A stretch of DNA of 47,019 nt from Candidatus Peribacteria bacterium (GTDB lineage: Bacteria > Patescibacteriota > Gracilibacteria > Peribacterales > Peribacteraceae), in NCBI GenBank assembly GCA_041691135.1, contig JBEPVF010000012.1, forward strand, positions 1 through 47,019. Direction: 5' to 3'. The notes beneath the pieces are model-generated. The model saw only the letters and a program-made list of their open reading frames with translations. It was not told where the DNA came from and ran no database searches. Position 1 is the first letter of the stretch; each line of letters opens with the position of its first letter. Positions 38,305 through 47,019 of this stretch are shown in pieces. The position numbers and the translations under genes are program-made.

Positions 38305-39207
38305 ATGCGCCTCTCTACCGTGCTCTGCATGTCTTTAATGCTTCTTACGGGATGCATCGAGTCACCATCACCCGCGGAAACAGACCTGGCGGTTAGTATC
38401 TCGAGAGTTCTACCGCGTGTGCCCCCCACCATCAAGGCGGGGCCTCCGGAACTCTACAATTCTGTCTCGCAAGAGGAATACATCGAGCGGACGAAACCGG
38501 ATAGAAGGCTTATTTGGTTTCGTACCGTCGACGGTGGTTGGCACATCGATTGGGACGCCGAGCGGGCTCCCTTTCGAAAAATCGTGATCCATCATTCGGC
38601 GACGGACGCCCAGGCTACGCCGAAAAACATCGACAAGCTGCAATACGACCGGCTGTATGTAGGCCGATACAATAGCAAAGACGATGAGCCTTACGTCAAA
38701 GGCCTCGTGCCCCACTCAGGGCACACTATCAACAATGAAGAAGCCTTCACTGGCTACCATCATCTGATATACCAAGACGGCAAGATCGTCACCACGCTGT
38801 CCCCGCTTTTGAAGAAGCAACGAGTACAGTACGGGGCCAAGGAGGACGGTACGTACGAGACGATCATTCCTTTAGATGAATTTCCCCAGAAACATCTGCG
38901 GGAAGACCAGACCTTCATCCGTAAGGTCGGCTCGCCACTCTACTACGTAGACATGGTCGGCTGGCACAGCGGCAAATGGGAAGTGAACTGCGAAAGCATC
39001 GCCATCTGCTTGGTCGGCGAATTTTCGACTCATGAACCAACCGACGCGCAGTTGAACGCACTAGCAGGTGTCATCGGCTACTACCGGGTGATCAACCCGG
39101 CAGTGACGGTTCACCCGCACAACGAATTCAAGCCAACGGAATGCCCGGGCAAGTCCTGGGATTCGTGGCGCAAGAAACTGGCGGCCCTCGCAGGCCTGCC
39201 ACAATGA
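38305..39207 (+). CDS. N-acetylmuramoyl-L-alanine amidase (Amidase_2/PGRP family) lipoprotein
   Basis: Lipobox LLTGC; IVIHHSAT, GYHHLI, GWHSG, SIAICLVG and H.EFKPTECPG zinc-site motifs. Confidence 0.88.
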   Translation: MRLSTVLCMSLMLLTGCIESPSPAETDLAVSISRVLPRVPPTIKAGPPELYNSVSQEEYIERTKPDRRLIWFRTVDGGWHIDWDAERAPFRKIVIHHSATDAQATPKNIDKLQYDRLYVGRYNSKDDEPYVKGLVPHSGHTINNEEAFTGYHHLIYQDGKIVTTLSPLLKKQRVQYGAKEDGTYETIIPLDEFPQKHLREDQTFIRKVGSPLYYVDMVGWHSGKWEVNCESIAICLVGEFSTHEPTDAQLNALAGVIGYYRVINPAVTVHPHNEFKPTECPGKSWDSWRKKLAALAGLPQ

Positions 39208-39268
39208 TCAACAACGTGCAGACTTCACCAGCGGCTCCTCTGAATTTTCAGAAGGGCCGCTTGGACGA

Positions 39269-41185
39269 TCATAGGTTTTCAATCGCCACCGGCTGCACCG
39301 GATCCGCCAACTCAAATTTGAACACGCGTGAGTAGAAGTAGAGTTCGCTATCCATGGCGTGTTTGATGTTTTCCGCTTTGCGGAAGCCATGCTGCTCGCC
39401 TTCGTATGCCACATACGACACGGGGACATGTTTTTTCCTCAGCGCATCGACCATCTTTTCGGCCTGATTCGGCAGCACGATTTTGTCTTCGAGCCCCTGG
39501 AAGAAAATCACCGGTACCGTCAGTTGATCGGCGTAGTGAATCGGCGAACGCTGTTCGTACAGCGCTTTTTCGGCCGGATACTCGCCCACCAAATTGATCG
39601 TGTACTGCGATTCGAACTTGTGCGTCTCGAGCAGCAATCCCTCCATGTCGCTGATACCGAAGTGGCTCGCACCGGCATTGAAGGTATGGCGAAACGTGAG
39701 TGCGCACAGCGTGGTATAGCCGCCGGCTGATCCGCCGCGAATCGCCAGTCGTTTCTCGTCGACCAAACCTTTCTTTACCAAAGACAAAGCAGCATTCACA
39801 CAGTCGTCCACGTCCACCACTCCCCAATTTTTATTGAGGCGCTGACGATATTTGCGCCCGTACCCGGTACTGCCGCCATAGTTCACATCGATGACGGCAA
39901 AGCCACGGCTGGTCCAATACTGGATTCCAGCCGAAAAGTTGCTGCTCGTCGCATGTGTGGGCCCGCCATGGCTGAGCACCAACAACGGCGGTTTGTCGCC
40001 TGCGGGCGCAGCAAAATCCTTATTCGTAGGCGCGTAATAGAACCCATGGGCCGTGAGCCCGTGCTCGGTGGGAAACTCGACCGGTTCGGGAATCGAAATG
40101 TATCCCGGTTCGATGCGTATCGAAAGGGCCTGCTTGAGTACTTCTACCTCATGTGATGCGAGGTCCAACAGAATCACTGACCGCGTATGCAATGGCGAGC
40201 CGGCAATAGTGGCAAGTTTGTCCTTGAACAGAACGATGTCGTCGAAACTGTCGTACGGACATTCGATCTGGCGCAGCTTTTTTGAGACAAGATCGATCGA
40301 AGCCAACGACCATAGTCCGCGCTGCGTATAGGTGCATATCATTGTCTTCCCATCCAAAAAACCGTACGTCGTATTGCCGAAATTCCATGCCGGCAAACCG
40401 AATTCGGCATTCAGATCGACCACGTGTTCCACTTTTCCCTCGCTCAATCGATACAGGTTCCACCAGTCAGTTCGATCGGACACGAAGTACAGTATCCCAT
40501 CCGGCGACCAGCGTGGATCGACAACAGATTCATCGTTGCCACCTGCGATGTGCGTCGGCTCGCCAAGCGATCCGTCCTCTAGCACATCGGCCATCCACAA
40601 CGACGTATCGTCCCATGGCATATTCGGATGATTCCAGCTGACCCACGCCATTTTTTTGCCATCGGGACTCAGGCGTGGCGACATGTAGAAGTCAGCGCCC
40701 GACATAAGTATTTGCGGGTCTTTTTTACCATGAACATCCACGGCTACGATCGTGTTGTCGGGGTACTGTCCTTCCGTCGTGTGATCCTCGCGCACACAGA
40801 TGAGCCTGCCACGCGCCTCATCCATTTCGTAATCAGCGAAGCGCCATTCTACATCAGGAGTGATCGGCTGTGGCTCGCCATGCTCAACACGATATACACG
40901 CTGGTCGTCGAAATTCGAAAAATACGTGATGCCGCTATGAACCAAGTACGACCCGCCGCCATATTCATGCACACGAGTCCGGGCATTCCATGGCGCAGCA
41001 ATCACATCCTCTGTTTTCCCATCTGGCGTCCGGCGCACAATCACATAACGTCCGCCCTCACTCGGGCGCATTTCGAGCCAGTACACATTCTGCCCATCGG
41101 CATGCAATCCACTGAGCCCGATGGATGACTGGACAATGAGGTCGGAGGTGACCGGTGATTTCCAGGAGCCGTAGGGGGCAATCAT
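39269..41185 (-). CDS. S9 family peptidase (acylaminoacyl-peptidase-like)
   Basis: APYGSWKSP, HGGPT, GGSAGG (Ser), QGLEDKIV (Asp) and EQHGF (His) motifs. Confidence 0.95.
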   Translation of the reverse strand: MIAPYGSWKSPVTSDLIVQSSIGLSGLHADGQNVYWLEMRPSEGGRYVIVRRTPDGKTEDVIAAPWNARTRVHEYGGGSYLVHSGITYFSNFDDQRVYRVEHGEPQPITPDVEWRFADYEMDEARGRLICVREDHTTEGQYPDNTIVAVDVHGKKDPQILMSGADFYMSPRLSPDGKKMAWVSWNHPNMPWDDTSLWMADVLEDGSLGEPTHIAGGNDESVVDPRWSPDGILYFVSDRTDWWNLYRLSEGKVEHVVDLNAEFGLPAWNFGNTTYGFLDGKTMICTYTQRGLWSLASIDLVSKKLRQIECPYDSFDDIVLFKDKLATIAGSPLHTRSVILLDLASHEVEVLKQALSIRIEPGYISIPEPVEFPTEHGLTAHGFYYAPTNKDFAAPAGDKPPLLVLSHGGPTHATSSNFSAGIQYWTSRGFAVIDVNYGGSTGYGRKYRQRLNKNWGVVDVDDCVNAALSLVKKGLVDEKRLAIRGGSAGGYTTLCALTFRHTFNAGASHFGISDMEGLLLETHKFESQYTINLVGEYPAEKALYEQRSPIHYADQLTVPVIFFQGLEDKIVLPNQAEKMVDALRKKHVPVSYVAYEGEQHGFRKAENIKHAMDSELYFYSRVFKFELADPVQPVAIENL

Positions 41186-41292
41186 AGGCAGATGATGCAG
41201 TGGACGGATGACAGATGCAACGCATTGCAAAACAAGTACGGCATGGAAGTGGCAGCGCCCTGGTGGTTATCACTTAACAGAGTAACGAATGA

Positions 41293-41676
41293 TTACCGTC
41301 TGCCTCGAATAAATGCTTCGAAAGCCTCACGCACCTCATTGCGATCAATGCCGGGGCGAATCTTTAGGCGCTCGGGATCCCTAGCTTGGGCATAGGCTAC
41401 GACTCCCACTTCAGACCACGCAAGTGCCTTATATACGTCTCTTGACTGAGCATTTCGCCCCATGGCACTGTCGTTGTCCCGTGCCTGTTCAGCGGCCCGC
41501 ATGACAGCCTCTGGCGTCGGTTTTTGAAATACAACAATAAGATTCGCCATGACCAATCGCCAGTGGTTGATTCGTGCTTCCCATTCCGCTGGATTCTTTG
41601 GCGGATCACTGGTAGTAGCGGCTTCCACCGCTGCAACGCCGATGCACTCATTGCCTGTTGCCAAACCTGCTCGCAT
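41293..41676 (-). CDS. Hypothetical protein
   Basis: Only plausible ORF in this gap; pyrimidine-rich upstream region; no family recognised. Confidence 0.55.
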   Translation of the reverse strand: MRAGLATGNECIGVAAVEAATTSDPPKNPAEWEARINHWRLVMANLIVVFQKPTPEAVMRAAEQARDNDSAMGRNAQSRDVYKALAWSEVGVVAYAQARDPERLKIRPGIDRNEVREAFEAFIRGRR

Positions 41677-41775
41677 TTTTTCAGAGAGGAAAATACAAAG
41701 TACCCGAGCGTAGGTTGGCCTACATGGAAGGTCAACAAATGTAAGAGAAGGCTCTCGACAAAATCACTCCGCATC

Positions 41776-41901
41776 TCATAAACCGCCATCCACCATATCC
41801 GCATCTTCGCCGTCTTTTTGGCCCTCTTCAGCCGCATCATCCGCCGGCGACACCGTTTTTCCGGAGCCATCCGGATCCTCAGGGTAATCATAGTCAAACA
41901 T
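41776..41901 (-). CDS. Putative 41-aa acidic peptide MFDYDYPEDPDGSGKTVSPADDAAEEGQKDGEDADMVDGGL
   Basis: Translated manually (below the ORF-track cut-off); strong GAN codon bias. Confidence 0.4.
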   Translation of the reverse strand: MFDYDYPEDPDGSGKTVSPADDAAEEGQKDGEDADMVDGGL

Positions 41902-42055
41902 AGAGGTACGGACGACTCTCGCTGATGACTCTTACCAGTCAATGGCGTGGCCAAACAGTACGGCAAAAGAATTTATCACCGCCGAAAAGCTCTGATGGTT
42001 CCAGACACGGAAACTTAAACGTACACTGGCTGTCGTCTCCTCTTCTCTTAGTTGT

Positions 42056-42670
42056 ATGCGTAAATCTTTTCCCGCCTTGCTGCTCTTGCTGGTTGCAGCT
42101 GTTGCCGTGGGTTTGCAGTTGCCACCTCGCGGACAAACGCCGCAGGATGCATCGGTGGATACGGCATTGCTGATCAACAGGTTTCATCTGCTCTCCCACT
42201 CTTCCTCATCAGGAAAGAGCAAGATTCAACAGTTGGCTACGGCGCGCAAAGATCAACGGATCACCAACATCAATGCACGAAAACGACCCGACCCCCGCGT
42301 TCTCCACGGCGGCACGGGAACAGTTGTCCCGGCCACATTCGCGGATCTCAAAGAAACAGGCTGCGGTGACGGTCTCATCATCGGCAAGGAACAGTGCGAT
42401 GACGGCAACCCGCAGAAGAGTGATGGCTGCAGCGAAACCTGCCAAGTCGAAGCCGGTTACCAATGCGGAACATCGCAACCCAGCCATTGTTGGACCGTCT
42501 GTGGCGACGGCAGCGTAGCCGCAGTTGAAAAATGTGACGATGGGAATATGGCCGACGGTGACGGCTGTACCGAATGTCGTATCGATGTCGGATACAATTG
42601 TTCGGGCTCGCCCAGCGTCTGCTCTCCTATCTACAACATCTCCAGCGCTTCATCGTCATCGTCTTCGTAG
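42056..42670 (+). CDS. Exported protein with Myxococcus cysteine-rich repeats (DUF4215)
   Basis: Two CGDG....E.CDDGN....DGC...C....GY.C repeats; signal peptide; Ser-rich tail. Confidence 0.9.
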   Translation: MRKSFPALLLLLVAAVAVGLQLPPRGQTPQDASVDTALLINRFHLLSHSSSSGKSKIQQLATARKDQRITNINARKRPDPRVLHGGTGTVVPATFADLKETGCGDGLIIGKEQCDDGNPQKSDGCSETCQVEAGYQCGTSQPSHCWTVCGDGSVAAVEKCDDGNMADGDGCTECRIDVGYNCSGSPSVCSPIYNISSASSSSSS

Positions 42671-42767
42671 AAGAACAGTGAAGCTGTGTTAAAACGGCTG
42701 CGTAGCCTTGTATTTCGTCATAGAATGCCTCGGCAAAGCAGCGGAATCTGTGCTACCGTCTGCCACC

Positions 42768-43952
42768 ATGGCCACCTACCCCGTCCTCCACCTCAAAACC
42801 GACCGCGAGATGCACCTGAAGAACAGGCATCACTCGGTGTTCAGCCATGCAATCGCCGAAGATCTGCGCACGTTCGAAACCGGATCGATCGTCGAAGTAC
42901 GCAGCCACGACAACCAATTCCTGTGCTACGCCACCATCAACACGCGCGCCTACATCGCCCTGCGCGCCATCAGCTTCGAACCGGGCGATCCGCTGCAGAC
43001 GCTGCGGCGCAACATCAAGCAATCGATTGAACTGCGTCAGACGTTTTTCCAGAACGAAGACACGACGGCCTTCCGCCTGGTAAACGCCGAAGGCGATGCC
43101 ATTCCCGGTCTGATCGTGGATCAATACAACGACACGCTGGTGATCCAGCTGACGACACTCGGCATGGATCGGCTGCGAAGTTGGATCGTCGATGTCCTGT
43201 GGGAATTGGTCCAACCGGCCGCAATCTTCGAAAAATCCACCGGCCCGGGACGCAAAAAAGAGGGCCTCGAACCACGCGAAGGTTGGGCCAAGGGCAAAGG
43301 AGAAGGAACTGTCACGGTGACCGAACGAGGATTGAAGTATCTGATCGACTTGGAAGGCGGACAGAAGACCGGTCTCTTCATCGACCAGCGCGAGATGCGC
43401 TCACTTGTGCGAACGCTGGCTGCGGGCCGCACTGTTCTGGATGTATGCAGTTATGTCGGCGGCTTCTCGCTGTCAGCTCTGATGGGCGGCGCCGTCTCGG
43501 CTGATGCAGTGGACTACGACGCCCCGGCACTGGAGCGCGCGAAACAACACATGGTGATGAATGGCATCGCCGCCGACCAACTCAACACCTACGCCCAGGA
43601 TGCCTTTGATTTTCTCCGCCAGCGCCCGCTCCCCCATCAGTACGACTTCATCATCCTCGATCCACCCGCCTTCGCCAAGCGCTCAACCGATCTGGATCAA
43701 GCCAAAGGCGCTTACACTGACTTGAATCGTCTAGCCTTCCAAGCGCTCACGCCGGGCGGCATGCTGCTGACGTGTTCGTGTTCGTACCAGATGGATCAGC
43801 AATTGTTCCAAACAGCAGTCTTCCATGCCGCACGACAAGCAAATCGATCAGTGAGAATTCTTCAGCGACACCGCCATGCGTTCGATCACCCGATCAATTT
43901 GTATCATCCCGAAGTGGACTATCTGAAAAGCTTATTGTTGTGGGTGGAGTAA
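42768..43952 (+). CDS. rlmI: RlmI-like 23S rRNA m5C methyltransferase
   Basis: RLVNAEGDAIPGLIVD, GQKTGLFIDQR, SYVGGFS, ILDPPAF, TCSCS and YLK motifs. Confidence 0.88.
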   Translation: MATYPVLHLKTDREMHLKNRHHSVFSHAIAEDLRTFETGSIVEVRSHDNQFLCYATINTRAYIALRAISFEPGDPLQTLRRNIKQSIELRQTFFQNEDTTAFRLVNAEGDAIPGLIVDQYNDTLVIQLTTLGMDRLRSWIVDVLWELVQPAAIFEKSTGPGRKKEGLEPREGWAKGKGEGTVTVTERGLKYLIDLEGGQKTGLFIDQREMRSLVRTLAAGRTVLDVCSYVGGFSLSALMGGAVSADAVDYDAPALERAKQHMVMNGIAADQLNTYAQDAFDFLRQRPLPHQYDFIILDPPAFAKRSTDLDQAKGAYTDLNRLAFQALTPGGMLLTCSCSYQMDQQLFQTAVFHAARQANRSVRILQRHRHAFDHPINLYHPEVDYLKSLLLWVE

Positions 43953-44009
43953 ATGAGGTAACCAAAGAAACCGAGGAGCTGGCCTCACCCGTCTGAGGAG
44001 TAGGTAACT

Positions 44010-44189
44010 ATTTTTAAAAACAACACAAAAACACACCTCCCTCTCCCGGCAGGTCTCTGGTGTTCTATTGCGAACAAATAATCGCAGCTTCCTCTGCGAC
44101 TGTGGATGTGGGAGAGGGCTGGGGTGAGGGCACACCCGCTCACGCTGAATATGCTTCAGCCCACCAACCGCGAAGAAAGCGACAGCGCC
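44010..44189. repeat. Half copy of the composite element at 22860-23039
   Basis: CCTCTCCCGGC.GGTCTCTGG...GGGAGAGGGC.GGGGTGAGGG...GCTCACG.TGAAT...CGAAGAAAGCGACAGCGCC is colinear with 22860-23039. Confidence 0.85.
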
Positions 44190-44222
44190 ATAATGATCAA
44201 ACTGCACTAACGTGTGTTTCTA

Positions 44223-44822
44223 TTAAAACAGTTTCGTATATTCCCCATACCCATCCTTCTCCAAATCCTCTTTCGGGATAAACCGGAGCGATGCTGAGTT
44301 CATGCAATAGCGCAATCCAGTCGGCTTGGGACCGTCGTTGAACACATGGCCGAGGTGCGAATCGGCATGCGCACTCCGTACTTCGGTACGCGCCATGAAG
44401 AGTGAATTGTCATCCTTGGTCAGCACATTTTCGGGTACCAAAGGTTTGGTAAAACTCGGCCAGCCGGTGCCAGAATCGTACTTATCTTTGGAACTGAACA
44501 GCGGTTCGCCCGATACGACATCGACGTAGATCCCATCAGCATGATTGTTCCAATACTCATTGTCGAATGCCGGCTCGGTGCCATCGTTCTGCGTCACATC
44601 AAACTGCTCCGACGTGAGCTCCTGTTTGAGCGCCGCGGCATCGGGCTTGTGAAAATCCTGCCAGCCAGCAGCGGAAGAAGCATGATCGGTCATACGCGAA
44701 GAGGAAGAAAGAGACTGAACCGATGACGACGAAGCGGCGTCGGATGACACGACTGTTTGCTGGGTCGTGCAGGCAGTGCTGAGCAGACAGAGACTGAAGG
44801 CGAAGAAGTACAATAGCTGCAT
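44223..44822 (-). CDS. msrB: Peptide-methionine (R)-S-oxide reductase, lipoprotein
   Basis: [25 protein letters not shown] and RYCMNS motifs; lipobox LSTAC. Confidence 0.96.
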   Translation of the reverse strand: MQLLYFFAFSLCLLSTACTTQQTVVSSDAASSSSVQSLSSSSRMTDHASSAAGWQDFHKPDAAALKQELTSEQFDVTQNDGTEPAFDNEYWNNHADGIYVDVVSGEPLFSSKDKYDSGTGWPSFTKPLVPENVLTKDDNSLFMARTEVRSAHADSHLGHVFNDGPKPTGLRYCMNSASLRFIPKEDLEKDGYGEYTKLF

Positions 44823-44872
44823 AGGCAGATAGTGTGCTCGTGTTTGTAAAATTTGAAAAGAATCATACGAAA

Positions 44873-44910
44873 GCCCCCTCCGTCGTCCCGAGTGGGAGAA
44901 CGGAGGGGGC
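44873..44910 (-). terminator. GC-rich hairpin or terminator
   Basis: GCCCCCTCCGT...ACGGAGGGGGC followed by TTT on the minus strand. Confidence 0.7.
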
Positions 44911-44935
44911 GAGTATCAGCAGGACAGCGAGTGCC

Positions 44936-45241
44936 TCAAGCCTTGGCAATCAGACGGCCCGTACTGATATAGGGCTCATCCCTGATGTGCCGAAGTGTTT
45001 CCTGAGGTGGCGGATCTTTCCGCTGCAAAGCATTGCGCGCGAAGCGGTCGGAAGCCCGCCTGGAGAGATAGGCAGGCACTCCGTGCGAAAGGACCGCCGC
45101 CCCCAAACGGTCGTCATCGAAGAACTCGAAGTCACCGTCCGCAGGCAGATCTTCAAGCCTGCCCCCATAGCGTCGACCGACTTCGCCCTCGTGGAGAAAA
45201 CCCAGATACTGAGCCTGGGAAAGCGGAACGAAATGCGTCAT
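44936..45241 (-). CDS. Hypothetical protein (101 aa)
   Basis: ORF MTHFVPLSQ..., ends just before the hairpin. Confidence 0.55.
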   Translation of the reverse strand: MTHFVPLSQAQYLGFLHEGEVGRRYGGRLEDLPADGDFEFFDDDRLGAAVLSHGVPAYLSRRASDRFARNALQRKDPPPQETLRHIRDEPYISTGRLIAKA

Positions 45242-45421
45242 GGCTGAACCTCGACTGTGACGATGTGACAAGAAACGATGTGCTGACTAAGACACATTTA
45301 CATGTAATGTAAAGTATGTCGAACATTCCTCAGTTGCACGAGGAAAAATTGGCATCAACAAGATAAAAAAATGCTGTATCTAATTACGTTTACGCTTTCA
45401 TTTTAGTGCTATGATAGAAAC

Positions 45422-46006
45422 ATGCGTCGACTCTGTTTTCTCTCACTGGCCCTCCTCCTCTGCAGCTGTACAGCACAGACAACGAATAACTCGTCCTCGT
45501 CCGCCAGCAGTGATTCCACGAGCACCTTATCTTCTGCCGAACCCGAAACAACATACGTCAGTCCAAACGATGGATACAGCATCAACTACCCCGCAACATG
45601 GACGGTGAACGGGAATGACACGCTCATTACGCCTGATTCACAACGGACCGGCACCGCGTTCATCGGCACCGACGTGCAACCCGGAACTGTCCTGATGGAG
45701 ACGAAAGTCCATGTCGCCAAACAGTCGGGTACCTGCACATTGCAGCCGAATGAACAGACACAGGACCCCGTCACAATCAATGGCACGACTTTCAACCGCA
45801 GTACGTGGAGCGATGTGGGCGCCGGGAATCTGTACGAAGGCATGGTCTTTTCAACCGAGAAGAACGGCAGCTGTTACCTGCTCACACTGTTCACACACAG
45901 TTGTAACCTGGGTTTCGACTGCAGTGCGGGCCATCAAAACCCCGTGGACAAGAAGCTACTGGAGAAGAACTTCGTGCACATGATGCAGACGTTCACCCTT
46001 CAGTAA
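45422..46006 (+). CDS. Hypothetical lipoprotein (PsbP-like YSINYPATW motif, Cys pairs)
   Basis: Lipobox LCSC and Ser/Thr linker; TGcTATGAT 6 nt before the ATG. Confidence 0.8.
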   Translation: MRRLCFLSLALLLCSCTAQTTNNSSSSASSDSTSTLSSAEPETTYVSPNDGYSINYPATWTVNGNDTLITPDSQRTGTAFIGTDVQPGTVLMETKVHVAKQSGTCTLQPNEQTQDPVTINGTTFNRSTWSDVGAGNLYEGMVFSTEKNGSCYLLTLFTHSCNLGFDCSAGHQNPVDKKLLEKNFVHMMQTFTLQ

Positions 46007-46038
46007 GGCTCTTGAATGGCTAAAATAGCCTCTCTGTG

Positions 46039-46066
46039 TTGATCCTTTGTGCTTTTTTCGTATACT
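46039..46066 (+). promoter_or_regulatory. tRNA promoter
   Basis: TTGATC-16 nt-TATACT just upstream of the tRNA. Confidence 0.6.
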
Positions 46067-46077
46067 TCCCTGGCTCT

Positions 46078-46152
46078 GGCCCCATCGTCTATCGGTTAGG
46101 ACATCAGGTTCTCATCCTGAAAAGCGGAGTTCGATTCTCCGTGGGGCTGCCA
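46078..46152 (+). tRNA. tRNA-Glu (anticodon CUC), CCA encoded
   Basis: GGCCCCATCGTCTATCGGTTAGGACATCAGGTTCTCATCCTGAAAAGCGGAGTTCGATTCTCCGTGGGGCTGCCA. Confidence 0.97.
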
Positions 46153-46282
46153 ACACTGGCTATGGTCAATAGACCGCTAGGGTTAGCCAAAAACTCAATA
46201 TTCAGCATGGACACTTTTGCCCAACCCAGACGGGCAGTAACATCAGAAGAGACCCTGTCGCCTAAAGTGACCGTAGATCATA

Positions 46283-46909
46283 TCAACGCACCAATGGTTT
46301 TTGTCGTATCTCACAGCCGCGCAGGAAGTATTCCGTGATGTCTTTGAGCTTCGGTCTGAAGTAGGCGACGGAAATGTTTCCCGCTTTATCCTCATAGGAG
46401 TCCGGCACTTGATCTACATCGTGACTCCAAATATTTGTGCTATCACCCCCCTCCTTTCCGCGTCCCCACTTCGAGATGATTTTGCCGTCCATGACTTTCC
46501 CAGCATGTATCACGGTCATCTGCCGGATGTCATCCGAGGGTTCTGCGAGATAGACCACTACGTCTCCATTCTGAATGTCTCTCAGTTCAACTCTTTCCAT
46601 GAAGTGATGCACAACCGCGTAGAATGATCGCCAGCTCCACTCCCATTTATGTTTCTCCGGGTGTCGGAACCCGTGATTAGAGAAGATCGTCTGCTTATTT
46701 TCAAGGATGAGCGGTTGCTTCTGCAGATTGAAACAGTATGCGAATGCAGGATAGTCGTCAGCAACATCGTCGGGGCCGAGTTCAACGAGTTCGCAGGAAT
46801 GGGCCCATTCACCCTGGAGAGCATCCATCGCAGATTCCTGCTCGTCGCGCGGTTCTTGATTGATCCTGCTTAGTGCCTGTCGTAATTCATGCAGCTCTTT
46901 GCTATCCAT
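46283..46909 (-). CDS. Hypothetical protein (208 aa), possible papain/NlpC-P60-like fold
   Basis: Intact ORF with TAAAAT 6 nt before the ATG; GDVVVY, HAG and SKWG...H motifs. Confidence 0.75.
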   Translation of the reverse strand: MDSKELHELRQALSRINQEPRDEQESAMDALQGEWAHSCELVELGPDDVADDYPAFAYCFNLQKQPLILENKQTIFSNHGFRHPEKHKWEWSWRSFYAVVHHFMERVELRDIQNGDVVVYLAEPSDDIRQMTVIHAGKVMDGKIISKWGRGKEGGDSTNIWSHDVDQVPDSYEDKAGNISVAYFRPKLKDITEYFLRGCEIRQKPLVR

Positions 46910-46938
46910 AGGCTTATTTTATTGTGTATAGTGCCTGT

Positions 46939-47019
46939 ATGGAACCTTTTTCTATGAAGTGTCCGAAGTGCGGCGAATCTCTCGCATTGGCGATGAATCT
47001 CTCGGGCGGAGAGACACTT
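46939..47019 (+). CDS. Partial ORF beginning MEPFSMKCPKCGESL (zinc-ribbon-like), runs off the window
   Basis: TATAGT 6 nt before ATG 46939; CxxC knuckle; open to the window end. Confidence 0.6.
   Translation, partial: MEPFSMKCPKCGESLALAMNLSGGETL

Larger units (their letters stand above)
46153..47019. mobile_element. tRNA-proximal end of a putative integrative element (second, deleted copy at 1..674)
   Basis: The same sequence abuts the CCA of both tRNA-Glu genes. No integrase within the window. Confidence 0.6.

Noticed and set aside
38305-39207. Prophage lysis gene
   Set aside because: It has a lipoprotein signal and there are no holin, structural or replication genes nearby.
41397-41966. 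189-aa Arg-rich ORF
   Set aside because: Its composition looks like an off-frame reading of the acidic mini-ORF, and it overlaps 41293..41676.

Overview
A 47-kb chromosomal segment of a standard-code bacterium, most likely Patescibacteria/CPR (Peregrinibacteria/Peribacteria-like; inferred from archaeal-type ProRS, absent Shine-Dalgarno motifs, pyrD/pyrG, hppA, DUF3048 and DUF4215 proteins). Housekeeping genes include pyrD, a Liv-type ABC transporter, pyrG, uvrC, hppA, rplY, hpf, proS, a Nudix hydrolase, an S9 peptidase, an RlmI-like methyltransferase and msrB. The window is bracketed by two outward-pointing tRNA-Glu isoacceptors (UUC and CUC). Each carries a near-identical downstream element, giving a large inverted repeat. 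The left copy has a ~191-bp deletion, and the outermost 55 nt are exact reverse complements (probably an assembly break in a repeat). Best candidates for undescribed biology: (1) an ATP-grasp ligase fused to a dead RimB-like retropepsin and a DUF1704/MATCAP-like carboxypeptidase, next to a 7TM protein ending in -EE; (2) a nucleotide island with GuaB1, an archaeal-type PRTase, a SAM methyltransferase and a large LOG/SLOG protein; (3) an Avd/IVP-like four-helix-bundle gene enclosed by inverted 9-mer arrays that also occur empty elsewhere; (4) modular palindromic repeats, including a ~290-nt element with six compensatory base-pair changes and a module lying in frame inside uvrC; (5) a promoter-driven structured leader ending in a 14-aa Cys-rich mini-ORF. 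Many genes look leaderless. All calls come from motif recognition by eye; no searches were run.
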